Source: Isurus oxyrinchus (taxonomy: Eukaryota). From it: DNA of 64,000 bases. Where the stretch lies: NCBI GenBank assembly GCA_026770705.1, contig JANJGN010000007.1:103106001-103170000 (forward strand), given 5' to 3'. A program made the position numbers and the translations under genes. The notes beneath the pieces were generated by a model. It was not told the origin of the DNA. It searched no databases and worked only from the letters and a program-made list of their open reading frames with translations. Positions 37,611 to 50,000 of the stretch are shown here, piece by piece (the first letter of the stretch is position 1; each line of letters begins with the position of its first letter).

Positions 37611-38215
37611 TTATTCATTCACAGGATGTGAATGTCACTGGCTAGGCCAGCATTTATTGCCCATCTCTTATCGATCTTGAGAAGGTGGTGGTGGGTTACC
37701 TTCTTGAACTGCTACAGACCACGTGGTATACTCATAGTACTGTTAGGAAGGCAGTTCCAGGATTTTGACCCAGCGAGAGTGAAAGAATGGCAATAAAGTC
37801 AGGACTGTGTGTGACTGTGAGGGGAACTTGCACGTGGTGATATTCCCATGTGTAGGGATGGTGGGTTTGGAAGGTGCTTTCAAAGGAGCCTGAGTGAGTG
37901 GCTGCAGTGCACCTTGTAGCTGGTACACATTGCTGCTACTGTGAGTTGAAGGTGGAGGGAGTGAATGTTTGTGGATGGGGTCTCAATCAAGCAGGCTGCT
38001 TCATCCTAGATGGTGTTGTACTTTGAGTATTGTTGGAGCTGCACTCATCCAGACAAGTGGAGAGTCTTCTACCACACTCCTGACTTGTGCCTTGTAGACA
38101 GGCTTTGGGGAGTCAAGAGGTGAGTTCCTTGCAGAATTACCACCCTCTGACATGCCCTTGTAGCCACAGTAATTATGTGGTCCAGTTAAATTTCTAGCCA
38201 TTCGTAGCCTCCAGG
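37611..38215 (-). mobile_element. LINE family B 3' fragment
   Basis: Family tail at 37611-37710; YKAQVRSVVEDSPLVWMSAAPT in ORF 38001..38300. Confidence 0.8.
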
Positions 38216-39315
38216 ATGTGGATGTTAAAACTGCTCCCAGAGAGGTGTGTACATATACTGAGAGGTAAAAACAGGAGGAGGAAATCGAGTGTGAACGCAA
38301 ACACAGGAGGGGGAAAAGAAATAACAGGTTCTATTTTAATTCCCCCTTACTATTGGAAACCAAGCAGAGGGGCAGTTAAAATGGATTGGAGGTGATAATT
38401 ACCTACTGCTTTCCCACCTTGATCTGGCTCCAAGCTGGTGGGAACTCTTTGATAATGCAGATAGCGTTCTGATTATGTCACTGGGGCTCAAACTCTTGTT
38501 TTAATCTTGGGACAGAGAGGTAACAGCGATGGCTTTCTTGCCAGGCAAAACATTGCTGGGAACTGCAATCATGGTCTGAACAAGTAAAAAAGATAAGGTT
38601 AAACTTTTTGTTTTAGTTTGGTTGAGGACCTGAAGGAACAAGGAAGCTTTTCTAGCGCCACAAGGAAATCTTGGGCCCAACTTGTCCCAGGCTTCATCCT
38701 TGCACCACTGTGGCTGAGATTCTCCTCCTGGAGACTTAGCTTGTCCTGGTAACCTGGTGTAGCCTCTTGTCACCCTATTTTCTTGGACGGGCGCAGGTTC
38801 CCATCCGTTTGAGTCCAGGAGTTGGCAAGTGGCACATGAATGATGCTCAGCTGTTGAGATGGCCAAGCATCCCTGGTACCATTCCCACCTGGGAGTCGAA
38901 ACAGGTGAATCAGACAGATTCACAGAGGCAGCAAAACACACATGGTCAAGATAGACAACAAGCGAGTGAGTGAAACACATATGCACATGTTCAGAGTTTA
39001 TGTTACAGTGACAGACAGACTTTTCATCCCCTCTAGTGCCTATGAAATGAAGGAGAGGGGCGGTTTGTCACTACACATTTTCCCAGCAGCTATTTTTATT
39101 GTTCCTCAGGGAACAGTTGAAACTGTTTCAATCAGAGCTGAACAGTGAGCTACATTTTAGCTTTCAATTCCAGGGAAATGGCACTTGCCAAAAGGCAGGG
39201 CTCTCGAGATTGTCAAAGCCTGACAGTAATTGAAGTGAACAGGAAGTTTCCCCTTAAACAGTGACCCAGCACAAACATGACCCCGCAACTTTCCATGAGC
39301 TGCTGTATATAGAAC

Positions 39316-39721
39316 AAGCATGTAACCTTCCCAAATCCCAGATTACAGCTTTACTCTGGTCTGGCCTGTATGTCTTAGAAGCACACTAGACTTCAGGCTT
39401 CTATTACAATGGAGGCTGATACTACATTGTTTCTTCGCTCTATACTTCCGTCACTCTATTGCTCTAAACCCTGGGCCTACTCATGTTGAACTCTGTGGAT
39501 AAACAGTCAAGTGCTCCCAACGTACATGATGTATCTATCTGTTCCAATGTTTTTGTTTGATAGTCAGCTTGACTTCATCAGTTGCCTTGCTGTGTAGCAG
39601 GATTTTCAATGGATAGCCCAGTCTTGAGTTCCAAATAACACCAAGTTGGTGGCATGATTGCCAATAGTTGGTCAGCAGGAATACACAGTGCCAAATTCTC
39701 CCAAACCACAACTAAACAGGG
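39316..39721 (+). repeat. 406-bp inverted repeat, source arm (non-TE sequence)
   Basis: Reverse complement of 40789-41194 with about 7 substitutions and no indels by manual alignment. Confidence 0.95.
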
Positions 39722-40254
39722 GTGGTGCTTGGGATGATTGACAAAGGCACTCAAAAAAGAAACAGCAGCAACTGATACTTTGATTCTTCCCGCCTTGTTC
39801 TCCTGAAACTGATAAAAGCTGCTCTGAATGAAGAGAGGAAGAGGAGGCCATAGAATGGAGCATCAAAAGGAGATGGTGCACATCAAGATGAGGATCTTAA
39901 TGCTGGGGAAAATTGAATTATTCTATTTCAAGCTCTCTCAAAAGGTCAGGTATGGCTCTCATCGGCAGTCTCCAGCATCTATTCCCCTGCCTCAACCTTA
40001 GCATCAGAGCAGCAAAATCTAAGTTGACATTCCAGTGAAGTGCTACATTATCAGAAGTGCTTTCCCTTTGAATGAGGTACTACCCCATGGCCCAACGCTA
40101 CCAACCCTGATTGGGGATATTCCTTGAGGTTTCATCACATATCCTCCCACTCCAACTATCCTGCTCAATTAGACAGTCCTTTTGGGCCACTGAAGTATTT
40201 TTATAACTAAAAAGAAGCGTTCAAAGAAAATGTTCACAACACATCCAATTTGAT

Positions 40255-40429
40255 AAAAACAAAGAACTGCAGATGCTGGAAATCCAAAACAAAAACAGAA
40301 TTACCTGGAAAAACTCAGCAAGTCTGGCAGCATCGGCGGAGAAGAAAAGAGTTGACGTTTCGAGTCCTCGTGACCCTTCAACAGAACTAGGTGAATCCAA
40401 GGAAGGGGTGAAATATAAACTGGTTTAAG

Positions 40430-40460
<31 letters not shown>

Positions 40461-40788
40461 GGGGGGGGGGGGGGGGGGGGTGTGAAGTGGAGGGGGATGG
40501 TGTGGTTGTAGGTACAATCAAGCAGTGATAGAAGCAGATCATCAAAAGATGTCACAGACAAAAGAACAAAAGAACACATAGGTGTTGAGGTTGGTGATAT
40601 ATATCTAAACGAATGTGCTAATTAAGAATGGATGGTAGGGCACTCAAGTTATAGCTCTAGTGGGGGTGGGGGGAGCAGAAAAGATTTAAAAATATTTAAA
40701 AATAATGGAAATAGGTGGGAAAAGAAACATCTATATAATTTATTGGAAAAAACAAAAGGAAGGGGGAAGAAACAGAAGGGGGTGGGGA
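40255..40788 (-). mobile_element. young PLE 3' fragment (534 bp) with hammerhead motif at 40350-40388
   Basis: Same tail as the 27921 and 30808 copies; contains (GT)n and a G-run; left flank ends with TSD ATCCAATTTGAT. Confidence 0.88.
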
Positions 40789-41194
40789 CCCTGTTTAGTT
40801 GTGGATTGGGAAAATTTGGCACTGTGTATTCCCGCTGACCAACTATTGGCAATCATGCCACCAACTTGGTGTTATTTGGAACTCAAGACTGGGCTATCCA
40901 TTGAAAATCCTGCTACACAGCAAGGCAACTGATGAAACCAAGCTGACTATCAAACAAAAACATTGGAACAAATAGATACATCATGTACGTTGGGAGCACT
41001 TGACTGTTTATCCACAGAGTTCAACATGAGTAGGCCCAGGGTTTAGAGCAATAGAGTGACGGAAGTATAGAGCGAAGAAACAATGTAGTATCAGCCTCCA
41101 TTGTAATAGAAGCCTGAAGTCTAGTGTGCTTCTAAGACATACAGGCCAGACCAGAGTAAAGCTGTAATCTGGGATTTGGGACGGTTACATGCTT
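40789..41194 (-). repeat. 406-bp inverted repeat, copied arm, inside the PLE target-site duplication
   Basis: Abuts the truncated PLE end; followed by 7 nt and the second TSD copy ATCCAATTTGAT (41202-41213). Confidence 0.95.
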
Positions 41195-44100
41195 TGTCAA
41201 TATCCAATTTGATTGTCACTATGATTTTTCTCCTGGGTCGCTCTCCAGGGGATTAATCTTTAGTTCCTGGAGATAGCGCAACTATACTTCTGAGGACTGT
41301 TATTCTGGAAGGATGAGTTTGAATGGGCTAAGGGCCCATTTCTAGACCTAAACCTCTGTCACTCAATGCATCATATTCATTCCATTCAATGGTCAACACA
41401 ACCAAGCATTCACAAGCAAAAAAATGGAGACACCACTGAAACTAGGGAGTATAAAATTATCTAATTCATCAATAAATGATGATGTACTTTGGGAGCAATG
41501 CACAAAGTAGATAGCAACACCTTTTTTCAAACACACTTGGTCCCTGAAGGCTGAAAACAATTACATTGTCAAGAGGCAATCTGTCAGGATCAGGGACCTG
41601 AAGAAAGTAACTGGGACTTCATGAAACCAATTCAACTCTGACAACAAGTGGCAAACTGCCTTCTGAGATATCCTGCTTTATGGACTGCATGGGTTGAGAA
41701 AATTCAGTCAAGTGTCAGATTGGAAGAGCAGCCTAGAGTATACCAGACATAGTCTGACGAAGCACTAAACCATTCAGATCAGAGCTCTACCTTAGAAAGA
41801 GCAACCTATAATTGAATCTATTCCTCAGCAATGAGAACATGATGCTAGCTTTGGGTCACAAGAGTGGTCCTGCCTATTTGTCACAGTGAAATCTCCAGAT
41901 CAGCATTGATGGGATCCAGAGAGAAATCTGGACTCAAAGCCATCACTTCACAACCGAACAGTCAACTGGAGCCAAGGGGTGTAATGGCATGAAGAACTAA
42001 GTGAAGGGAAAAAAAAAGAAACATTCTGACACCAGGGGGCAGCCCTCCTTTTTAACTGTGCCTTCTTTAAGGCCCCTTTCATACAGTAACAATGTTAGGC
42101 ACTGATCTATTGCCAGGAGGCACAATTCCAACTGCTGTCTTGCCTAAGGGACACTCTGAAGAATGCCGCAATACAGAGTCAGTGCCAGCGGTTCCCCACA
42201 GTGAGGTCATGTAGCTGTGGGCAGCTCACCCTCCAAATGAAAAACAGGTCCTTCCCCACAGCGCACTTTTAAACTCAGATGACTGGCAATTTCCATGTGG
42301 CGCTATGTCAGAAGTGAGGCTGGGCCAGCTAACAGGACATTTCATGCTGTTTCTTAAAATGGCAGGCAGGAAACTGCTAGGAGTCCAAGGCAGAAAGTTG
42401 CATGTGGACCCAAGCTCTGGCTCTCAATAGGGGCACCAAACATTTCAACTATCACACCAGTAGCTCTTATGCAAGATGTACGCAGAAACTGGCTCTGGCT
42501 AACTTCCAGCCACGCCTGGCGTAATTAATCTTGCAAGATTAGACTGGGAGACTTCTAGCCAATCTGGGAGGATTGGCAACCCTAGCTCAAATCGGGCTGA
42601 ACTGAAAGCCTGCCAAGGGCCCAGTGTGTATAGTAGGTCAGCCACAAATAGACTTGTGGGTACTAGAAGTATTACTGCATTACAACTGAGAAGCCATGTT
42701 GCACCTTGCACGTACAATAAATTGAAATGAAGTAATACTCACTTCTTCCCAAACCTCCCTCCTTGACAAATTAAAAGATTGAGGATACTAAGGAAATGTG
42801 ATTCTATAGGTGTAAACTCACTCCATTCATACAGCTGAAACCAAGTGTGGCTGGGTGGATAGCTATTGACCATCATTCTTGGGAACATTGGTGGGGCATT
42901 CAAGAATAATTTAAGGAGGAGTTTGTCTCTGCTTGTCTGCACTGCAGAGTGCAGGGGAATTGATTGGGAAGGGGAGGGGAGCCAAAGGTAGGCGACCATC
43001 TTTGAAGTGACAGAAGACTACAGCAATTCACCTTTCTGCATGGCAACAAAAATAACCTTTTTGTTAATCTAAAAGCAGAAATTCATTGACACTTTGCAAG
43101 ATGACCTCGACTCCTAATATATAATATATAAACAGCAACTATTTTATGGAAAGATATATCCAGCATCTTGGAACAAGGCACTCAATCCAGATGCTCAATT
43201 TCCAGTTTAGTCTTTTCATTAGTAAAATGTAATGTGAGAGTGCCCACTATAATTTCAAAACACATCCAGCTCCACTATTCTAGATTCTGTCCTTCAAATC
43301 TGGGGCTGAAACTGGATGGAGTACTTTAAATTGTACAACACTAGGGTGAATTAGTTGTCGCTTTAAGTTGGTCATTAAGGATGATCACTGTGGAGTGTTT
43401 TGAAGGAACGAGTTGAGTGCATTAAACCAGAAGTGTATTGCCACTAAAGCATTTTACCTTGTCTGGTTTTTGCTTTCACATTTTGACACGGGCTTAGTGA
43501 AAGCACAGTGCAGCAGGACTACAAGGAGTAGAGTGGGGAGGTGCTGTTGCATTGTGTTGCACTGACAATGTCTTCACTATAAATCTGATTGGATGTAGCA
43601 TTTAGCAAATGCGCTGGTGACATCTTGTGGCAAATCATTACTTCAGACTTATTAATTAATTATATATACAGCCTGTCGAATGAACAGAGCTCAAACTATC
43701 GCTATTATTAAATGCCAACCCGTTGCTGAGAAATTGGATGTAGAATAAGAGGCAGTATCACTTGGGAGCACGAACAAGTCTAGTGATCCATTGGAAGCAC
43801 TTAAACAATTTCAAAATCCAGGAGAGTGAAGCCTGTGCAGTTTGTGTGTGACATCTGAACCAAGGGATTCAATTATAGCCTTCAAACCCATCCTCATTAT
43901 GATAATGTTACATTTCCTGGTAATAAAGTGTAGATCACTCAAAACATTCAAAACAGACCTGGTTACACAACAAAATGGAAAGAAATGGTGCCCTCAGTAT
44001 ATTAAACAAAGTACAGCTTGCAACAGCTCATGTATTGCCAAGCCGCCAGAGCTGACTCTTTGTAGTCTGTTGCTTAAATGCCTTGATGTAGCCACACTCA

Positions 44101-44214
44101 GGTTTCAATCATTCCTGCCCTAAAAACTGCTGGTGCTTTCTGGGCTACAGCTCCAACATTGTCACCAACTTCCAATGCCTCACCTAATTTACCATGCTTC
44201 ATGTGCAAAGTAAA

Positions 44215-44470
44215 AAGTGACCATAAAACTATTTATTGTTGGACAAACCCAACCAGTTCACTAATATCCTTCAGGAAAGCAAATTTTCCATCCTTACCTG
44301 GTCTGGGCCTATTCATGACTCCAATCCCACTGCCCTATGAAATGACCGGGCATATCGTATAGTTCTATTGAACCTCAAGGCCATAGCTCCCTACCACATT
44401 CTCAGGGCAACTTGGGATGAACAATAAATGCTAGGCTTGCCGGCAAAACAACACTCTGAGAATAAATGAA
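44215..44470 (+). mobile_element. SINE with LINE-B tail (5' truncated)
   Basis: gttcactaatatccttcaggaaagcaaattttccatccttacctggtctgg…ctcagggcaacttgggatgaacaataaatgct. Confidence 0.65.
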
Positions 44471-44499
44471 AAACATAATGGTGATAGATTCCATATTGT

Positions 44500-45797
44500 T
44501 CAGATGCTGAGCATTTTTTAAATGGTGAAATTGGAAAGTGCTGATGCCCAAAGGGACCTGGGTGCCCTTATTTATAAGTCACTGAAAGCTAACATGCAGG
44601 ATTGGCAAGCAATTAGGGAGGCAAATGGTATATTGGCTTTTATCGCAACAGGATTTGAGTAGTCATGAAGCTATTATTGTATATAATATTTTGGAAAATA
44701 GATTTAGTCTGTGGGTGTGTCTTAATTTGATTAAAGTCAGCTAGTCTGGGTGCTTTGATGTGTACTAGTTTTGATATGTAAGACATATAGCATGCATTTG
44801 CATTTTTTGAATAGTGTATTCAAGAAGTGGGGTGAAAACTGACACCTATCTAGCAGATACCAAGCAATGTGTTTATATTACTAATAAAATTGATACTATG
44901 AAAGGGGTTTTATTGTTAGAGGTTTAGTTCAGAGGTTGGTGATACAATAAGAATTTACATTCAATGGGTTGTGCAAGGTATAACTTCAGCAGTGTTGAAA
45001 GTGCAGGGCAGAGGCAATGTAACATCAAAGCAGCTGTGAGCCTACCACCGTCTCCACAGGAACCAAAGTGAAAAGAACCTCATTTTGAATTTGTAAAGTG
45101 AAAATGCTTTGCCTAGTGTCTGGTTAAAATCGATGGGTTGCTGTTGCCTTAATGGAGATTAGTTTGGGAATTTGTTAAAAGTTATGATAGTAGTAATTTG
45201 TAGCCATGTGTATATATATTTTAACCTATGTAAATTAATAAAATATTTCATTTAGTTTAATGTAAAATTTCGAGAACTGGTGGTCTGATTCCTGAATTTA
45301 GAGTCACATCTCAAACACAACACTTAAAGTTATAGGTTATGACAGTTGTTTAAAGTTTCCCTCTGGGATTTTTAAATAACTCAGCTTTACAAACTGCATC
45401 GGTCATAACAGTACAGGAATAAAGATGGCTTGCTTCAATTGTACTTTCAAGGGGATTGACAGGGTAGGTGCATAAAGAATGTTTCCCCTGGCTGGGGGAA
45501 GTCTAGAGCCAGGGGTCACAGTCTCAGCAAAGGGGAAAGTCATTTAGAACTGAGATGAGGAGGAATTTCTTCACTCAGAGAATGGTAAATCTTTGGAATT
45601 CTCTATCCCAGTGGGCTCTGGAGGCTCAGGCATTGAGAAAGTACAAAACAGAGATTGATGGATTTCTAGATACTAATGACATCAAGGAATATGGGGATAG
45701 TGTAGGAAAATGGCATTGAGGTAGAGAATCAACCATGATCCACTTGAATGGCGAAGTAGGCTTGAGGGGCTGAATGGCTGATTCCTGTTCCTATGTT
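44500..45797 (+). mobile_element. CR1 3' fragment interrupted by a solo LTR
   Basis: agggacctgggtgccctt…ggatttgagta|LTR|gtacaggaataaagat…gggctgaatggctgattcctgttcctatgtt. Confidence 0.8.
44662..45410 (+). mobile_element. solo LTR-like element (copy 2)
   Basis: Cleanly interrupts CR1 with GTA repeated at both junctions; ends CATAACA; colinear with 7764-8619. Confidence 0.72.
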
Positions 45798-46044
45798 CAG
45801 GGTAGAGCTTCTGGCAGCAGACTTCTGAAACAACTAACATTTCAGAACCTGACAGAATGGACCAGTGACAGACTCAAACTGGATTCAATGACAGTGTCAA
45901 ATGAACAAGACTTTTCAACAGTTAACACACTGCTTTCCAGAAGCCTCACACTCATGCTGATTTTAACCCTGCTTATAATATCTACATATTCTGCTTCCAT
46001 TTATGGAAGCTGTAAATTTCCAGCAAAGTGAAAAAGGAGGCGGA

Positions 46045-49000
46045 CGTTCAACCCCTGAAACCTGCTCCTTGATTCAATTAGGTCATGGCTGATCTGTACC
46101 TTAATTCCATCTACCAGTCATGGTTTTGCAACTCTTAATACCCATGGAACCATAAAAACCTGTAAATCTCAATTGTGAAATTTTCAACTGAACCTCAACA
46201 GCATTTGTTTTGGGTGGGGGCAAGGGTGGTTGATGAGGGCGAAAGAGTATTAGGTTTCCATTATTCTTTGAGATGATATAAATTGTAAAAAGTTGAGGCC
46301 CCAGCAGCGATCGTGCACATCACTCGTCACATCCTGCTAACCAGAAAAAGACCCATTTATGCTTACACTCTGCTTCCTGTTAACTAGCCAATCTTCTTAT
46401 CCATGCCAATAGGTTACCCCCTACACCATGAGCTTTTATTTGCCACAATAAACTTTGATGTGGCACTTTATCAAATGCCTTCTGGAAATCTAAGTACAGT
46501 ACATCCCTGTTCCCCTTTATCTACAGCACATGTGACTCCTTCAAAAGAACTCCAATAAATTGGTTAAACATGATTTTCCTTTTACAAAACCATGTTGACT
46601 CTACCTGATTGCCTTGAATTTTTCTAAGTGCCCTGATATAACGTCTTTAATAATAGCTTCTAACATTTTCCCTATGACAGATGTTAGGCCATCTGGCCTG
46701 TAGTTTCTTAATTTCTGTCTCCCTTCCTCTTTGAATAGAGGAGTTAAATTTGCTATTTTCCAATCTAATGGAATCTTTCCCAAATCTAGGGAATTTTGGA
46801 AAATTAAAACCAATGCATCAGCTATCTCACTAGCCACTGCTTTCAAGATCTTAGGGTGAAGTCCACCCAGACCTGAGGATCTGTCAGCCTGCAGCCCCAG
46901 CAATTTGCTTAATACCACTTCTCTGGTGATTGTAATTTTCCCAAGTTCCTCCCTCCCTTCCATTTCCTGATTTACAGTTACTTCCAGGATATTATGTCCT
47001 CTATAGTGAAGGCTGAAGCAAAATATCTGTTTAATTCATCCAACACCTCCCTACCTTTCATTATCAATTCCCCAGATGCACTTTCTATAGGATCAACACT
47101 CACTTTGTTAACTCATATTTAAATACCTATAGAAACTCTTACTATCCGTCTTTATATTAGCCAGCTTTCTCTCATACTCTAATTTTTCCCTCCTTATTAA
47201 TCCTTCTGTCATTCTTCGCTGTTCTTTATATACTTTCCAATTTTTTCTGATCTGCCACCCTTTGCATAATTATATGCTTTTTCTTTAAGCTTGATACTGT
47301 CTTTAACTTTTTTAGTTAACCACAGATGCTGGGTCCTCCCCTTGGAATTTTTCTCTCCTTGGAATGTATCCATTCTGTGTATTCTGAAGTATCCCTTTAA
47401 ATGTCTGCCACTGAACCTCTATTGATTTATTACTTAACCTCAATTGTCAGTTCACTTTAGCTAGTTCTGCTTTCACGTCCTCATAATTGCCCTTATTGAA
47501 GTTTAAAATGCTAGTTTTGGACGCACTCATTTCTGCCTCAAAATGAATGTAAAATTCAATCATATTCTGATCGCCGCTACCTAGGGGTATCTTCACTATG
47601 AGGTTATCAATTAATCCTACCTCATTGCTCAATATTAGGTCCATTATAGCCTGCTCTTTGGTTGACTCCAGAACATGCTGTTCTAAGAAACTACACCGAA
47701 AACATTCTATGAACTCCTCATACAAACTACCTTTGCCCATCTGATTTTTACAGTCTATATGTAGATTAAAATCTCCCATAATTATTGCTGTACCTTTCTG
47801 ACAAGCTCCCATTATCTCTTCTTTTTTACTCTTCCTATCGTGTAGTTACAATTAGAGGGCCTGTGTACCACTCCCACAAGTGAGTTTTTGCCTTTATTAT
47901 TCCTCATCTCACCCCAAACCGCTTCTACATCCTGGTTTCCTGAACTTAGGTCATCCATCTCTAATATGCTAATACCATAATTAATTAAGAGCCACTCCTC
48001 CACCTTTTCCTAACTTCCTGTCCTTCCTAAATGTCACATACTCTTCAATATTCTGGTCCCAACCTATGTCGTCCTGCAGCCATATCTTGGTAATGGCTAT
48101 CAGATCGTACTTATTTATTTCTATTTGTGCTATCAGTTCAACTGTTTTGTTTCAAATGCTATGTGCGTTTAGATACAAAGCCTTTAATTTCGTCCTTATA
48201 TTATTTTTGTAATATCTAGCCTTATCTGCTGACTTACTGTTAGAATTGTACTCTCTGTCCCTTCCTGTCACAGTCTGTTTATCATTTCCTATATTAATAA
48301 CTTTTGGTCTTGCCTTGTCTCTACTCTTTGGTTTACCTTATCTTCCTAAATTTGATCCCTTGCTGCCACTATTCAGTTTAAAACCCCCTCTACTTCTCTA
48401 ATTAGGTGACTCGCGTGGACACCTGCCCCAGCATGGTTCAGGTGTAGACCATCTCAACGGTATAGATTCCACTTGACCTAATAATGGTGCCAGTGCCCCA
48501 TGAACCAGAACCCACTTCTCCCACACCAGTCTTTGAGCCATGCATTCATTTCTCTAATCTTATTTGCCCTATGCCAATTTGCATGTGGCAATGGTAACAA
48601 TCCAGAAAATATTACCTTTGAGATTCTGCTTCTTAATTCAGGGCCTAGCTCATCATCCTACTATGCAGAGCTTCCTCCCTCATCCTGTCTATGTCATTGG
48701 TATCCAGATGGGCCATGGCCACTGGATCCTCGCCCTCCCACTGTTCCTCTTCAGCCCTCAGCAGGTGCCCCAAGCCCTGGCACCGGGCAGTCTGGACTCT
48801 TGCTCCTTGATACAGAGATGAGTGTCAATCCTCTTCGCTATACTGTCCCCTACGACCACTGTTCCTTTTTGCTCCCCCCACTTGGATGGCTTCTTGTACC
48901 ACAGTGCCATGGTCAGTTTGCTCATCCACCCTGCAGCCCCTGCTATCATCCAAACAAGCTGAGAGAACCTCAAATCTATTGCACAATTGCAGAGGCTCAC

Positions 49001-49580
49001 ACTCCTGCCCTCTGGGTCGCCTTTCTAGCCTCACTCACAGTCACACCCTCCTCTCCCTGGCCACTGACCAAATCAGAACACCCTATCTTAAGTGGTGTGA
49101 CTGCCTCCTGGTATAAAGCATCCGGGTAACTTTCCCCTCCTTGAGTCTGCAGCTCAGCCTCCAGCTCAATGACTCTGAGCCGAAGTTCCTCAAACTGCAA
49201 ACACTGCAGACGTATTTACCCTGGATCACAATATTGTCCAGGAGCTCCCACATGCTGTAGCCTTGACACATCATCTGCCCTGCCATCCTTAATGTGTTTT
49301 AATTAATTACTTAATTATACTAATCACTTATTTATGTTGCTTTTTTATATATTTTATTAACTTTACCACCAATTTGAGTACTATTTTAAACCTTAGGGAT
49401 TGAATAGAACTTAACCACTTATCAGATACTCACTAAACAGCTAGCTCTTTTCCCTGTAGCAGAGCAAGAACCAATTTCTATGGGATGACAAAGATAGAAA
49501 AAGGGAACGAACATGTCCTTCACCACCCCTGTTCCCTGAGCTCCCGTCTCACCAAACTCCAAGACTTGACCCAGTTAGCT
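46045..49580 (-). mobile_element. CR1 LINE retaining 5' region, ORF1 and 5' ORF2, internally deleted
   Basis: ORF1 pieces: MAGQMMC…MWE…YVCSVC, coiled coil LRLRVIELEAEL, NRFEVL, SGNH-type VVVGDS…LPGAR. ORF2 pieces: IMGDFNLHID, GLHPKILK, GKMLEAIIKD. CR1 3' end at 46045-46260. Confidence 0.88.
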
Positions 49581-49611
49581 CAGCTGCACTCATTTGTGCT
49601 CAGCACGTGCA

Positions 49612-50000
49612 TTGGGGGGAGGGGGGCTGGAGGATGGGGGGGCAGGAAAGAGGCTAGAACAGAGGTGGATGGGGGAGCACATGCACAGGTAAGGAATGGG
49701 AGTAAAGAACAGCGAGAGAGCAGGATAAGGGGGAGAAGGGGTAGAGCGCAGATGGAGAGTGTGCGGATGGGCAGAGCTGGGTGACGGGGGGGGGGGGGGG
49801 GCAGAGAGCGGAGGGCAGGGAGGGAGTGGAGGAGAAGGAGGGAGCGGAGGAGAAGGAGGAAACGGAAAAGGAGGGAGTGGAGGAGCGGTGGGTGGAGGGA
49901 GCGGAGTAGAGGAGGTTGGGAGCAGTAGACTGGGGGTAGTGGAAAAGTGGGATAAGGGGGAGTGGGAGAGGAGTGTAAAAGAGCGAACAAGGAAGAGTGA
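49612..50000. repeat. G/A-rich low-complexity tract with about 18-bp tandem units
   Basis: ggagggagtggaggagaa-like units repeated at about 49819-49910; G16 run; source of several spurious Pro/Gly-rich ORFs. Confidence 0.8.

Noticed and set aside
39316-41194. Inverted repeat read as the TIRs of a DNA transposon or as a simple assembly artefact
   Set aside because: No TSD flanks the outer ends, whereas a 12-bp TSD brackets PLE plus right arm only. About 7 substitutions between arms argue against a mirrored-read artefact, though reads should still be checked.
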